From positions 416,001 to 480,000 of the forward strand of contig CAWIGG010000004.1 of the NCBI GenBank assembly GCA_963835575.1: 64,000 nucleotides of DNA, given 5' to 3'. The number at the start of each line of letters is the position of its first letter. Position 1 is the stretch's first letter. This stretch comes from an uncultured Spirochaetota bacterium. Its GTDB lineage: Bacteria; Spirochaetota; Brevinematia; Brevinematales; JAOACQ01. This document shows positions 51,149 to 60,699 of the stretch, one piece after another. The notes under the pieces are model-generated. The model was not told the DNA's origin. It did not search any database and worked only from the letters and a program-made list of their open reading frames with translations. A program made the position numbers and the translations under genes.

Positions 51149-52237
51149 CTATAGTATTACAGCCTTCACATAAATCCTGCCGGGATATTGTGTTACAAGG
51201 CCACGCATTTCCATCATTGTCAGAATATGGTTCAGCCGGGGCAGTTCCAATCCAGTCAAACCGATCAGATCGTCAAACAGTGTTTCTCCGGAAAGATGTT
51301 CGAGGACCAGTTTTTCCTCGCGGGAAAGATTATCGATTTCAGCCTGAGGGATTTTATTTATTTTCTTGGCTTTCCTGCCCAGTATATCCAGGACGATTTC
51401 TTCGGGACTCAGCGCTATCCTGGCCCCTTTCTGTATCAGTGCGTTTGAGCCCTTGTTTTTCGGTTCTATGGGATTTCCCGGAACTGCATAAAGTTCCCTT
51501 CCCTGGGCCTCGGCATAATTCGCGGTGATAAGCGCGCCCGATTTTTCAGGCGCCTGAATAATCAGGACAGCATCGGCCAGGCCGCTGATGACGCGGTTCC
51601 TCAGCGGGAAATGGGATTTTAAGGACGCGGCGCCCGGAGGATATTCCGAGATAACAGCGCCTTTCCGGCAGATTTCATGGTACAGCTCTCTATGCTCCGC
51701 CGGATAAACGACATCAATACCGCTGCCCAGGACCGCGGCTGTAAATCCGTCATTGGAAAGCGCCGTCCGCTGGGCTATTGAATCATGGCCTTTTGCCATG
51801 CCGCTCACTATCCCGATGTTATAGCTCACAAGCTCTTTTGTCATGTATTCATTAATGGAGGCCGCTTCCGGCGTGACTGAGCGGGTCCCGACTATGGCAA
51901 TCATCTTTACGGAATAATTCATTTGTCCTATTTGATAATAGAGAAAAGGGGCGTCCGGGATTTCCTTCAGGCGGGGATGATAGAGAGTGCTTTCCCTGGC
52001 GATCATCTGAATGTTCTTTTTCCCGCAGATTTCGACAATTTTTTCACCGCGTGGGAGCATATCTTTAAAGAACTGAATATGTTCCTCGTTTTTAATTCCT
52101 AAAAAACCCATCATCTCACCGGGTTTCAGGTCAAAAAAGCTTTTCAGGTCTGGAAATTCCAAGCGGATTTTGTCGTACCTTCTCGGACCTATCGATTCGT
52201 TATAGCTCAGGGCCGCGTAATAAACCAGTTCATCCAT
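51149..52237 (-). CDS. dprA: DNA-protecting protein DprA
   Basis: AIVGTR, VSGMAKG.D, FPLRNRVISGL, SGALITA, VPG. Confidence 0.95.
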   Translation of the reverse strand: MDELVYYAALSYNESIGPRRYDKIRLEFPDLKSFFDLKPGEMMGFLGIKNEEHIQFFKDMLPRGEKIVEICGKKNIQMIARESTLYHPRLKEIPDAPFLYYQIGQMNYSVKMIAIVGTRSVTPEAASINEYMTKELVSYNIGIVSGMAKGHDSIAQRTALSNDGFTAAVLGSGIDVVYPAEHRELYHEICRKGAVISEYPPGAASLKSHFPLRNRVISGLADAVLIIQAPEKSGALITANYAEAQGRELYAVPGNPIEPKNKGSNALIQKGARIALSPEEIVLDILGRKAKKINKIPQAEIDNLSREEKLVLEHLSGETLFDDLIGLTGLELPRLNHILTMMEMRGLVTQYPGRIYVKAVIL

Positions 52238-52258
52238 ATCAGCCTCTAATTATTTTAT

Positions 52259-52420
52259 GGGCAGTTCTAAAAACTCATATTTTTAGAACTGCCGACTTTG
52301 TATTAGATCATGCAGCCGCTGAGTTCGCGCGGCGAACTCCTCGCGGCAGCGTTATTTATATAATCCATAAGGTTTTTTATAGCAAGGCAGTTCTAAAAAC
52401 TTAAAGGTTTTTGGAACTGC
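52259..52420. repeat. Two IS5-end-like palindromes flanking a GC-rich hairpin
   Basis: GGGCAGTTCTAAAAA..TTTTTAGAACTGCC (52259-52293) and GGCAGTTCTAAAAAC..GTTTTTGGAACTGC (52386-52420). Confidence 0.7.
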
Positions 52421-52557
52421 TCTTATTAAAGTCTTTTATTATATCAAAAATCGGTATTTTTAGTAAAATTTTTGTAATAAGCTTTTTTATACTGGAATAT
52501 TAAAAATTGATGTTTTAAAAGGGTATATTTATAATATTGCTCCTTTAAGGAGTTATT

Positions 52558-53190
52558 ATGAAAATTACACGGTTTTATTCAGGCTCTTATTATTCAAACT
52601 GTTATCTTGTCCTGAATGAGGACGGGAATAAAGCCCTGATTATAGACCCGATCGATGATTCGGAAGAAATGCTGAATGCCATGGACGGACTGGAGCTTTT
52701 GTATATCGTCAATACCCATGGGCATTTTGATCATATTTCAGGCAATTCAATCGTTCAGGAGAAAACAAAGGCCCCGATTGTGATCGGTTCCGCTGACGCT
52801 CCGATGCTGATTGAGCCCGCGCTTAATTTATCCGCTTTTTTTTCAACACCGGTTGTTTCACCGCCCGCCGATATCGAAATTGAAAAGGAAAATAATGTGC
52901 TGAAGCTTGGCAGGCTGGAGTTTCGCGTCCTCTTTTTTCCCGGACATACAGAAGGCGGTCTGGCGCTTTATCAGAAGGAAGAAAAAGCCCTTATTTCCGG
53001 GGACTTTATTTTTCAGGATTCGATCGGTCGGATGGATTCCCCCTCGGGCAGCGTTTCTCAGATGAAAAGTTCTCTGGAAAAAGTTATGCTGCTTCCGTCA
53101 GACACACGCGTTTATCCGGGGCATGGCCTTCCTTTTCTGCTCTCTGATTTTAAAAACAATATATATCCTGAAATCATTCAAGAGTTTTAG
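52558..53190 (+). CDS. MBL-fold metallo-hydrolase (glyoxalase II-like)
   Basis: THGHFDH, PGHT, SGD, PGHG. Confidence 0.92.
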   Translation: MKITRFYSGSYYSNCYLVLNEDGNKALIIDPIDDSEEMLNAMDGLELLYIVNTHGHFDHISGNSIVQEKTKAPIVIGSADAPMLIEPALNLSAFFSTPVVSPPADIEIEKENNVLKLGRLEFRVLFFPGHTEGGLALYQKEEKALISGDFIFQDSIGRMDSPSGSVSQMKSSLEKVMLLPSDTRVYPGHGLPFLLSDFKNNIYPEIIQEF

Positions 53191-54243
53191 ATGATCAGCA
53201 TTGAAGATATTAATTATATCCTTCCCGAAGAACTGATCGCCATTCATCCGGCACATGAAAGGGATGAATCAAGGCTATTGGTTGTGTTAAAAAAGGAAGA
53301 AAGCATCAGAGATACCGCATTCCCGGATGTAGCCGGTCTGATCAACAGCGGCGACTGCCTTGTTTTTAATAATACAAAAGTTTTCAAAGCCCGCCTTATT
53401 GGAAAATCAGAACAGGATAAAAATATTGAACTCCTCCTTGTCAGCCGTATTGATCAATACAGCTGGAAAGCGATGGTCAAAAACTCAAAAAAAATCCCCG
53501 CCGGCACAAAAGTTGTTTTTCATACGGTTGAGGCGGAAATACTGGATAAAATTGATGAAATGAGGATTGTGCGTTTTATGAAAATTTTATCCTATGAAGA
53601 AATTAACCGGATCGGAGAAGTGCCTCTTCCGCCTTATATCATAAAAAAAAGAAGAAAAGAACAGGAACCGCTTTACCAGGACGAGGATGAGGAAAGGTAC
53701 CAGAGCGTTCTGGCCGAATATTTCGGCTCTGTGGCCGCGCCGACGGCGTCGCTTCATTTTACTGAAAAAGTCTTGAAAAAGCTCAAACAAAAGAATGTAA
53801 AGTCTGCCTTTATTACGCTCCATGTCGGACCGGGCACTTTTAAGCCGATAGACACGGATAAAATAGAGGATTATCAGATCCATGAGGAATGGATCGAGGT
53901 CCCGGAAAATACGGTCGGGCTTCTCCGGGAAACAAAGAAGGCCGGCGGCAGGGTGATAGCCGTCGGGACTACGGTTGTGCGCGCGCTGGAAACAATGGCC
54001 CGGCCGTCAAAAAGTATTGATGAATGGCAGGCGTATGAAGGCGGCACCCGGCTTTTTATCAGGGGAGAATTTGAATTTAAAGTTATTGACGCTTTGATAA
54101 CAAATTTCCATATGCCGAAATCCTCTCTTTTGCTTCTGGTTTACGCGTTCGGAGGGAAGGATCTGATCCAGAAAGCCTACCGGTTAGCTGTTCAAAAGAA
54201 ATACCGTTTTTTAAGCTATGGCGACGCGATGTTTATATATTAA
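53191..54243 (+). CDS. queA: S-adenosylmethionine:tRNA ribosyltransferase-isomerase
   Basis: PLPPYI, GSVAAPTA, TLHVG.GTF, TNFH.PKS, YRFLSYGDAM. Confidence 0.97.
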   Translation: MISIEDINYILPEELIAIHPAHERDESRLLVVLKKEESIRDTAFPDVAGLINSGDCLVFNNTKVFKARLIGKSEQDKNIELLLVSRIDQYSWKAMVKNSKKIPAGTKVVFHTVEAEILDKIDEMRIVRFMKILSYEEINRIGEVPLPPYIIKKRRKEQEPLYQDEDEERYQSVLAEYFGSVAAPTASLHFTEKVLKKLKQKNVKSAFITLHVGPGTFKPIDTDKIEDYQIHEEWIEVPENTVGLLRETKKAGGRVIAVGTTVVRALETMARPSKSIDEWQAYEGGTRLFIRGEFEFKVIDALITNFHMPKSSLLLLVYAFGGKDLIQKAYRLAVQKKYRFLSYGDAMFIY

Positions 54244-54736
54244 AGTAAAATAATTTTTAAATATTATTTTAGTGTATTATATTATATTAAAAAGGATTTT
54301 TCATCTGTAGGATTAGCCACGGTGCACAGAGGACTGGGTTGGTATTGGTGTGTCTGGATGATTAGTGGTTCTTTATAATTTTGAATACAGGCATTAATAA
54401 TAGAAGATAGCGATTTAAAAACACGAAGACATGAAGAAATCGAAGAAGCAAGAAGAAATAAGAGGTAATAACAATAAAACCCAAAGTTAGTGATTCTTAG
54501 TGTTCCCCTCGACAGGCTCGGGACATCGCTTGGTGTTCTTGGTGTTTAGATAATAGCTGCAGTAAGCCCAAAAGGGATGTTTTTTTAAGAAACGATTATG
54601 ATTAATCTTTTATTGATTAAAATTATTTTTGTAGTATAATAAAGCTGCTGTTAAACCTGGAAAAAAAGCATATTCGGCGGTGAAGCTTTTCAGAAATAGG
54701 ATATTTAATTCAATTCTGAAAAGGGGAGGTTGACAT

Positions 54737-55825
54737 ATGGCGAAAAGCATCAAGAAAACTGTAAAAAAACCTAAGGTGTCCGGCGCTGATAATATTGAAG
54801 CATTAAAAAGAAAAATTACCCGGCTTACTAAAGAGCTGGATACGGCAAATAAAATCATTGAAATGTATGAAAAAGTATCAATGCTTTCAGATACCGAAAA
54901 GATCGACCGCGATAAGCTCCTGAAGGCCCATGAGATTACCGGAGAAATGGCAAGGAAAGAGCTGATCCAGAGAGACCAGATAAATAAGGCGTATGAAAGC
55001 ACGTTAAGTCTCGCATCCAGCGAATTAAAGCAGGAAAAGAAAAAAGCCGCAGTTCATAAAAAATCCCATCATTCATTAAAAGGAACAAAAAAGACAGATC
55101 TGTCCGTGCGGGAGCTCCTTTCGCTTCTTGAGGCTTATGAAAAGATAGAAGAACTGCACCGTCTGGAAAGAATAGGCGATGACAAAATACTCAAAGCCTA
55201 TGAAATACTGGAAGAATATACCCGTGAAAAAATGCTGGACCTCCTTCAGATCATTCAAGCATATGAGAAAGTCCAGGATTATAACAGGCATGAAAGAATT
55301 CAGGACAATAAGATCATCCAGGCCTATCAAAGAGTGGAGGAGATGTCAAGGGAGGAACTCCTTAATCTTGACAGGGTCAATAAAGCCCATGAAGTTGTTG
55401 AGGAGCTGGCCAGGAAGGAGCTTATTGAAAGGGATGAGATCAACCATGCCCATGAGATTGTGGAAGATTTTGTCCGGCAGGAATTGATAGAAAAAGACAG
55501 GATAAACCAGGCGCATGAAATGCTTCATGAATTGACCCGCCAGGAGCTAATGGATAAGGATAAAATAATCAGCGCCTATGAGATTGTCGAAGAATTGAAC
55601 AGAAAAGCGCTGATAGAAGGCGATAAGATCAACAGCGCTTATGAAGTGGTCGAAGAAATGATGCGCGACGAATTGAAGGAAAAAGACCTTGTCAATAAAG
55701 CCCATGAGATCGTGGAAGAGCTCATGAGAAAAGAACTGATTGAAAAAGATAAAATCAACGCGGCCCATGAGGCCGTTGAAGAAATGGCCAGGGGTGAAAT
55801 GCTTAAACTCAGATCGAAAACATGA
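54737..55825 (+). CDS. Helical protein built of 21-aa tandem repeats
   Basis: About 14 copies of A(H/Y)E.VEE..R.EL...D.I..; GGAGG RBS. Confidence 0.85.
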   Translation: MAKSIKKTVKKPKVSGADNIEALKRKITRLTKELDTANKIIEMYEKVSMLSDTEKIDRDKLLKAHEITGEMARKELIQRDQINKAYESTLSLASSELKQEKKKAAVHKKSHHSLKGTKKTDLSVRELLSLLEAYEKIEELHRLERIGDDKILKAYEILEEYTREKMLDLLQIIQAYEKVQDYNRHERIQDNKIIQAYQRVEEMSREELLNLDRVNKAHEVVEELARKELIERDEINHAHEIVEDFVRQELIEKDRINQAHEMLHELTRQELMDKDKIISAYEIVEELNRKALIEGDKINSAYEVVEEMMRDELKEKDLVNKAHEIVEELMRKELIEKDKINAAHEAVEEMARGEMLKLRSKT

Positions 55826-56787
55826 AATTAGCGGTTTCCATCTCTTTCCTTTTCCTGCTCAATACCGGCTTCACGCAGCTCAAATTCCTTAATACCTATC
55901 CGTTTAAAATCGGCGAAGAAATGACATTATCCATCAGCGTGCTGGGCGTATATGTCGGCGATCAGATGATCGTGATAGATGACTGCACCAATTATCTCGG
56001 GCTGAAAGTCCTGAAAGGAAGCGGCCGGCTGACGACAACGCCTTTTATTTCATCCATGTACAAGGTGGACGACAGGGAAATGACCTATTTTGTACCGGAC
56101 GGATTTATCCCGTTTTACTATGAACGCTGGATCAACGAAGGCTCCTGGCATGACAATATTATTTTCAGGTTTTATCCGGGGCAGAGAACGGTTGTCATAT
56201 CCCAGAAAGCGAATAACTATGATAAAAAAGAAGTAAATTATACCGGTACGCTCAGGAATTATTTTACCCTGATTTCATGCATGAGATGTGTGGATTATGA
56301 CTACCACATTTCGAATAATATCAATGTCGAGATCGATTATCTTTTCGGGACCAACCTTAAAAAAGCCGTTTTTAAGCCTTTTTATAGTAAAATAAAATAC
56401 AAGGATAAAATGACCGATGTCATCGTGCTGGAAGAAGTCGGCGGTATAGGCATGAACTTCTATATCATAAAAAATCCCACCCGTATACCCATCCGGCTGG
56501 TTATCCCGGCTTTTGATGTCATCGGGTTCAAAACGATCAGCATCTATGTCGAAATGAAGGAATACATTGAAGGTACTAAAGATTTTACGGGCTTTTTTGC
56601 CGAAACAGGAGAAACAAATGAAGCTTCAAATACAAATACCATTACAAACACAGTAAATTTTTCGACAAATGCCTCTGTCAATCCCGTTACTAATTCAATA
56701 ACCAATTCAGCGCCTTCTCCCGGCACAAATTCTTTAACCAATATCCTGACGAACTCTGTCATGACAAATCAGAAGCGGGAAAAATAA
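55822..56787 (+). CDS. Exported DUF3108-like protein with Thr/Asn-rich tail
   Basis: Signal peptide, PFKIGEEM, MYKVDD, RIPIRL; ATGA overlap with the upstream gene. Confidence 0.65.
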   Translation: MKLAVSISFLFLLNTGFTQLKFLNTYPFKIGEEMTLSISVLGVYVGDQMIVIDDCTNYLGLKVLKGSGRLTTTPFISSMYKVDDREMTYFVPDGFIPFYYERWINEGSWHDNIIFRFYPGQRTVVISQKANNYDKKEVNYTGTLRNYFTLISCMRCVDYDYHISNNINVEIDYLFGTNLKKAVFKPFYSKIKYKDKMTDVIVLEEVGGIGMNFYIIKNPTRIPIRLVIPAFDVIGFKTISIYVEMKEYIEGTKDFTGFFAETGETNEASNTNTITNTVNFSTNASVNPVTNSITNSAPSPGTNSLTNILTNSVMTNQKREK

Positions 56788-56797
56788 ACAGCGGTGA

Positions 56798-59071
56798 TCA
56801 TTCATTTTTATTTTTAACACTATCTCCAGCGATAAGATTCAGAGCGCTTCCGGCTTTAAACCACTCTATCTGCATATTGTTATAGGTATGATTCAATTGG
56901 ATCTGTTCCTCGCCGCCGTTTTTATGGTGAATGACCATTACCAGGGGTTTTCCAGGCGAAAACTGTTCAAGGCCTGATAAATCGATAGTATCATCTTCCC
57001 TTATCTTTTCATAGTCAGACGGATCGGCGAAAGTAAGGGCCAGGACCCCCTGTTTTTTAAGATTGGTTTCATGGATCCTCGCGAAGCTTCTCATAACAAC
57101 TGCCCTGCCGCCCAGGTAGCGTACTTCCATGGCCGCGTGCTCCCTGCTTGAGCCTTCGCCGTAGTTCTCATCGCCGGCGACAATCCAATCAATCGACTTT
57201 TGTTTATATTCCCGGGCCGTCTGAGGGACCGGCTGGATCACACCCGTAAAATAATTTTTCGTTTTTCCCGTTTCCCCGGTGAAGGCGTTAACCGCGCCCA
57301 ATAAGAGGTTATTGGAAATTTTATCCAGATGGCCGCGGTATTTCAGCCATTCGCCGGCCATTGAGATGTGGTCGGTTGTGCATTTACCCTTTATTTTTAT
57401 CAAAACAGGGGCGTTCATAATATCAGAGCCGTTCCATGGCTTGAATCTTTCCAGCAGCTGCAGCCTTTCGCTATAAGGGGAAATGATGACCTGCACATCC
57501 TTCCCTTCATTTTTCGAAATAATTCCCATTTCCGGATTGTCATAAAACTTTTCCGGTATTTCCCTGCCGGCCGGCGGGGTGAGCTTTATTTTCTGTCCTT
57601 TATTATTCGTTAAAACATCGGTTTCGGGATTAAATGATAAAATTCCGCTTAAGGCGAGGGCCATAACGGTTTCAGGACTGCCGACAAAAGCGAATGTATT
57701 GGGGTTTCCGTCCGCTCTTTTCGCGAAGTTCCTGTTGAATGATGTTATTATTGTGTTTTCTTCCCCCATTGCCACATCTGTTCTCTTCCACATCCCGATG
57801 CATGGGCCGCATGCGTTTGTCAGAATAACCGCGCCCAGTTTTTTAAAGATTTCCAGCTGTCCGTCTTTCTCTATTGTTGACCTGACTTTTTCAGAGCCGG
57901 GGCTTAAATAAAGCTGAGCCATCGGTTTTATTCCATTTGCGAGTGCCTGTTTCGCGATGCCGGCAGCCCTGTCGATATCTTCATAGCTTGAATTGGTGCA
58001 GCTTCCGATAAGGCATGCGCTGATTTTATCCGGATATCCTTTTTTCCTCACAGCGTCTTTCATGTGGGAGACTGGAGTGGCGAGGTCCGGCGTGAAAGGA
58101 CCGTTCAGGTAAGGTTCCAGATCGCTGAGATTGATATGAATGACCTGTTCAAAATATTTTTCAGGGCTTTCATAAACTTCAGGATCAGCGCACAGGTCCG
58201 CCCGGATAGAATCGGCTTCTTTTGAAACGTCGCTTCTGTCTGTCGCCGAGAGATAGGCCGAGATTTTTTCATCATACGGGAATAATGAGGATGTCGCGCC
58301 GAGTTCGGCGCCCATGTTGCAGATGGTAGCCTTGCCGGTTGCCGATAGGGATTTTGTCCCCTTGCCGAAGTATTCAATAATGGAGCCTGTCCCGCCTTTG
58401 ACGGTCAGGATGCCAAGGATCTTTAATATGATGTCTTTGGGAGAAGCCCAGCCTGAAAGCGAGCCTGTTAATTTGACGCCTATCAATTTTGGCCATTTAA
58501 GTTCCCAGGTCATACCGGCCATCACGTCAACGGCATCAGCCCCTCCAACGCCGACGCCGAGCATCCCGAGGCCTCCCGCGTTCGGAGTATGGGAATCCGT
58601 GCCGATCATAAGGCCGCCGGGGAATGCGTAATTCTCAAGTATGATCTGATGGATGATCCCCGCCCCCGGTTTCCAGCAGTCTATTCCGTATTTTAATGAG
58701 ACGCTTGATAAAAAATCGTAGACTTCCTTATTTTCTTTCAGAGCTCTGGCAAGGTCTTTTTCCGAGCCGCACTCCGCTTCCACAAGATGGTCGCAGTGGA
58801 CCGTCGCGGGGACAGCGGTTATTTTTCTGCCGGCGTGCATGAACTGCAGAAGCGCCATCTGGGCGGTCGCGTCCTGCATCGCGACCCTGTCGGGAAATAA
58901 ATCCGCGTAATCCTTGCCTCTGACCATCGGTTTTTCAATCTTTTTACCAAGGTGGGCATACAGTATCTTTTCAGCATAAGTCAGGGGCCTGCCGGCCGTT
59001 TTCCTGGCCCGATCAACCTTATTAACAAATTCAGAATAGAATTTTAAAATCATTTCGATATTTTTTGTCAT
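56798..59071 (-). CDS. acnA: Aconitate hydratase (mitochondrial-type)
   Basis: [47 protein letters not shown]. Confidence 0.95.
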   Translation of the reverse strand: MTKNIEMILKFYSEFVNKVDRARKTAGRPLTYAEKILYAHLGKKIEKPMVRGKDYADLFPDRVAMQDATAQMALLQFMHAGRKITAVPATVHCDHLVEAECGSEKDLARALKENKEVYDFLSSVSLKYGIDCWKPGAGIIHQIILENYAFPGGLMIGTDSHTPNAGGLGMLGVGVGGADAVDVMAGMTWELKWPKLIGVKLTGSLSGWASPKDIILKILGILTVKGGTGSIIEYFGKGTKSLSATGKATICNMGAELGATSSLFPYDEKISAYLSATDRSDVSKEADSIRADLCADPEVYESPEKYFEQVIHINLSDLEPYLNGPFTPDLATPVSHMKDAVRKKGYPDKISACLIGSCTNSSYEDIDRAAGIAKQALANGIKPMAQLYLSPGSEKVRSTIEKDGQLEIFKKLGAVILTNACGPCIGMWKRTDVAMGEENTIITSFNRNFAKRADGNPNTFAFVGSPETVMALALSGILSFNPETDVLTNNKGQKIKLTPPAGREIPEKFYDNPEMGIISKNEGKDVQVIISPYSERLQLLERFKPWNGSDIMNAPVLIKIKGKCTTDHISMAGEWLKYRGHLDKISNNLLLGAVNAFTGETGKTKNYFTGVIQPVPQTAREYKQKSIDWIVAGDENYGEGSSREHAAMEVRYLGGRAVVMRSFARIHETNLKKQGVLALTFADPSDYEKIREDDTIDLSGLEQFSPGKPLVMVIHHKNGGEEQIQLNHTYNNMQIEWFKAGSALNLIAGDSVKNKNE

Positions 59072-59148
59072 TTTATATTCTCCCAATCTCAATGATATAA
59101 AAAATAAAAGATATATTTGTGTTAATGTTCAAGAAAGAAGAATTTATT

Positions 59149-60624
59149 TTACCTTGTTTTAAGCGTCGGGAACAAAATCGTGTCGCGGATTGAATTCGTG
59201 TCATTCAAAAGCATCACCAGCCTGTCGATACCGATCCCCATGCCGCCAGTCGGAGGCATGCCGAATTCCAGGGCGTTGATATAATCCTCATCCACATACA
59301 TGGCCTCATCATCGCCTTTCGCCTTTTTCTGCGCCTGGGCGAAAAAGCGGTCCGCCTGTACAACGGGATCATTCAATTCCGAGAAGGCGTTACCGAGTTC
59401 CCTGCCGACAACAAAGGGTTCAAACCGCTCGACAAAGTCAGGGTCGTCTTCCTTGTATTTTGAAAGCGGGGAGATTTCCGCCGGGTATTCATATATAATG
59501 GTCGGTTCAACGAGGTTCGGTTCGACATATTCCTCGAAAAGAATATTGAGAATTCCCCATTTTTCCTCGTAATCATGGATGTCGTCAAAACCCCTCGAGC
59601 GTGCCAGTTCCAGGGCGTCTTTCTGGTCGCGGATTTCTTTCAGCGGGATATTGGCGATATCCTTTAAGGCGTCAAAATATTTAATTTTTTTCCAGCTGGA
59701 GAAATCCATCTTCTGGCCCTGGTAATCGAAAACAGGGCTTCCTTTTATTTCAACGGCGAGATTCTTCATCAATTCCTCAAAGAGGTCCTGCATATCGCGG
59801 TAATCCGCGTAAGCCTGGTAAAGCTCGAGCATGGTAAACTCCGGGTTATGCCGGGTATCGATCCCTTCGTTGCGGAAATTCCGGTTCAGCTCAAAAACCT
59901 TCTCAAATCCGCCGACAATGAGCCTTTTGAGATACAATTCGGGGGCTATCCTCAGGAAAAGGTCCATATCCAGCGCGTTATGGTGCGTGATGAAAGGCCT
60001 TGCAGCCGCTCCGCCGGGGATGGTCTGCATCATGGGCGTTTCCACTTCCATAAAGCCTTTAACGCTCAGGAAACTGCGGATGTATGAGATGATTTTTGAC
60101 CTTGAAATAAAATCTGTTTTTACTTTGTCATTTACGATCAGGTCCAGATACCGCTGGCGGTACCTGAGCTCTACATCGGTCAGGCCGTGCCATTTTTCGG
60201 GGAGCGTATTGAGAGCTTTTGCCAGAACGGTGAACTTCTCGACAAGCACTGTAATTTCGCCCTTGTGGGTTTTAAAAACGTTTCCTTCCACACCGGCAAT
60301 ATCTCCGACATCCAGTAGCTTAAAGATGGAATATTTTTCCTCGCCGAGGATGTCCTGCCGGGCGTAGATCTGGATCTGCCCTTTATCATCCTTCAATGTG
60401 GCGAACTGCGCCTTGCCGAAATCCCGGATCAGCATAAGCCTTCCGGCCGCGCCCGATTTAAATTCCTTTTCGCCGTTTTCAGCGAATTTCTTTTTGATAT
60501 CGGCGGAATAATCAACAGGGCGGTATAAATTCGGGTAGGGATTGATCCCTGCTTTTTTTAACGCCTCAAGCTTTTTCAGACGGCTTTCTCTTTCGTCGGT
60601 GATATTTGTGTTCGGTGATTCCAT
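59149..60624 (-). CDS. lysS: Lysine--tRNA ligase (class II)
   Basis: GGAAARPF.THHN, FRNEG, HNPEF, GIGIDRL; start moved to MESPN. Confidence 0.97.
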   Translation of the reverse strand: MESPNTNITDERESRLKKLEALKKAGINPYPNLYRPVDYSADIKKKFAENGEKEFKSGAAGRLMLIRDFGKAQFATLKDDKGQIQIYARQDILGEEKYSIFKLLDVGDIAGVEGNVFKTHKGEITVLVEKFTVLAKALNTLPEKWHGLTDVELRYRQRYLDLIVNDKVKTDFISRSKIISYIRSFLSVKGFMEVETPMMQTIPGGAAARPFITHHNALDMDLFLRIAPELYLKRLIVGGFEKVFELNRNFRNEGIDTRHNPEFTMLELYQAYADYRDMQDLFEELMKNLAVEIKGSPVFDYQGQKMDFSSWKKIKYFDALKDIANIPLKEIRDQKDALELARSRGFDDIHDYEEKWGILNILFEEYVEPNLVEPTIIYEYPAEISPLSKYKEDDPDFVERFEPFVVGRELGNAFSELNDPVVQADRFFAQAQKKAKGDDEAMYVDEDYINALEFGMPPTGGMGIGIDRLVMLLNDTNSIRDTILFPTLKTR

Positions 60625-60699
60625 AGGTACTCCTTGGAATAAAATCGCCATTAGTATAATGAAAGTGAGGAGAATAATCAAGGCAAAGGCGGGAGAGGC

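Noticed and set aside
50971..51528. 185-aa plus-strand ORF
   Set aside because: Crosses repeat DNA and is antisense to dprA; likely spurious
55120..55800. 63-bp periodicity as a CRISPR or other DNA-level array
   Set aside because: It is in-frame coding repeat with synonymous divergence; no constant repeat/unique spacer pattern and no cas genes
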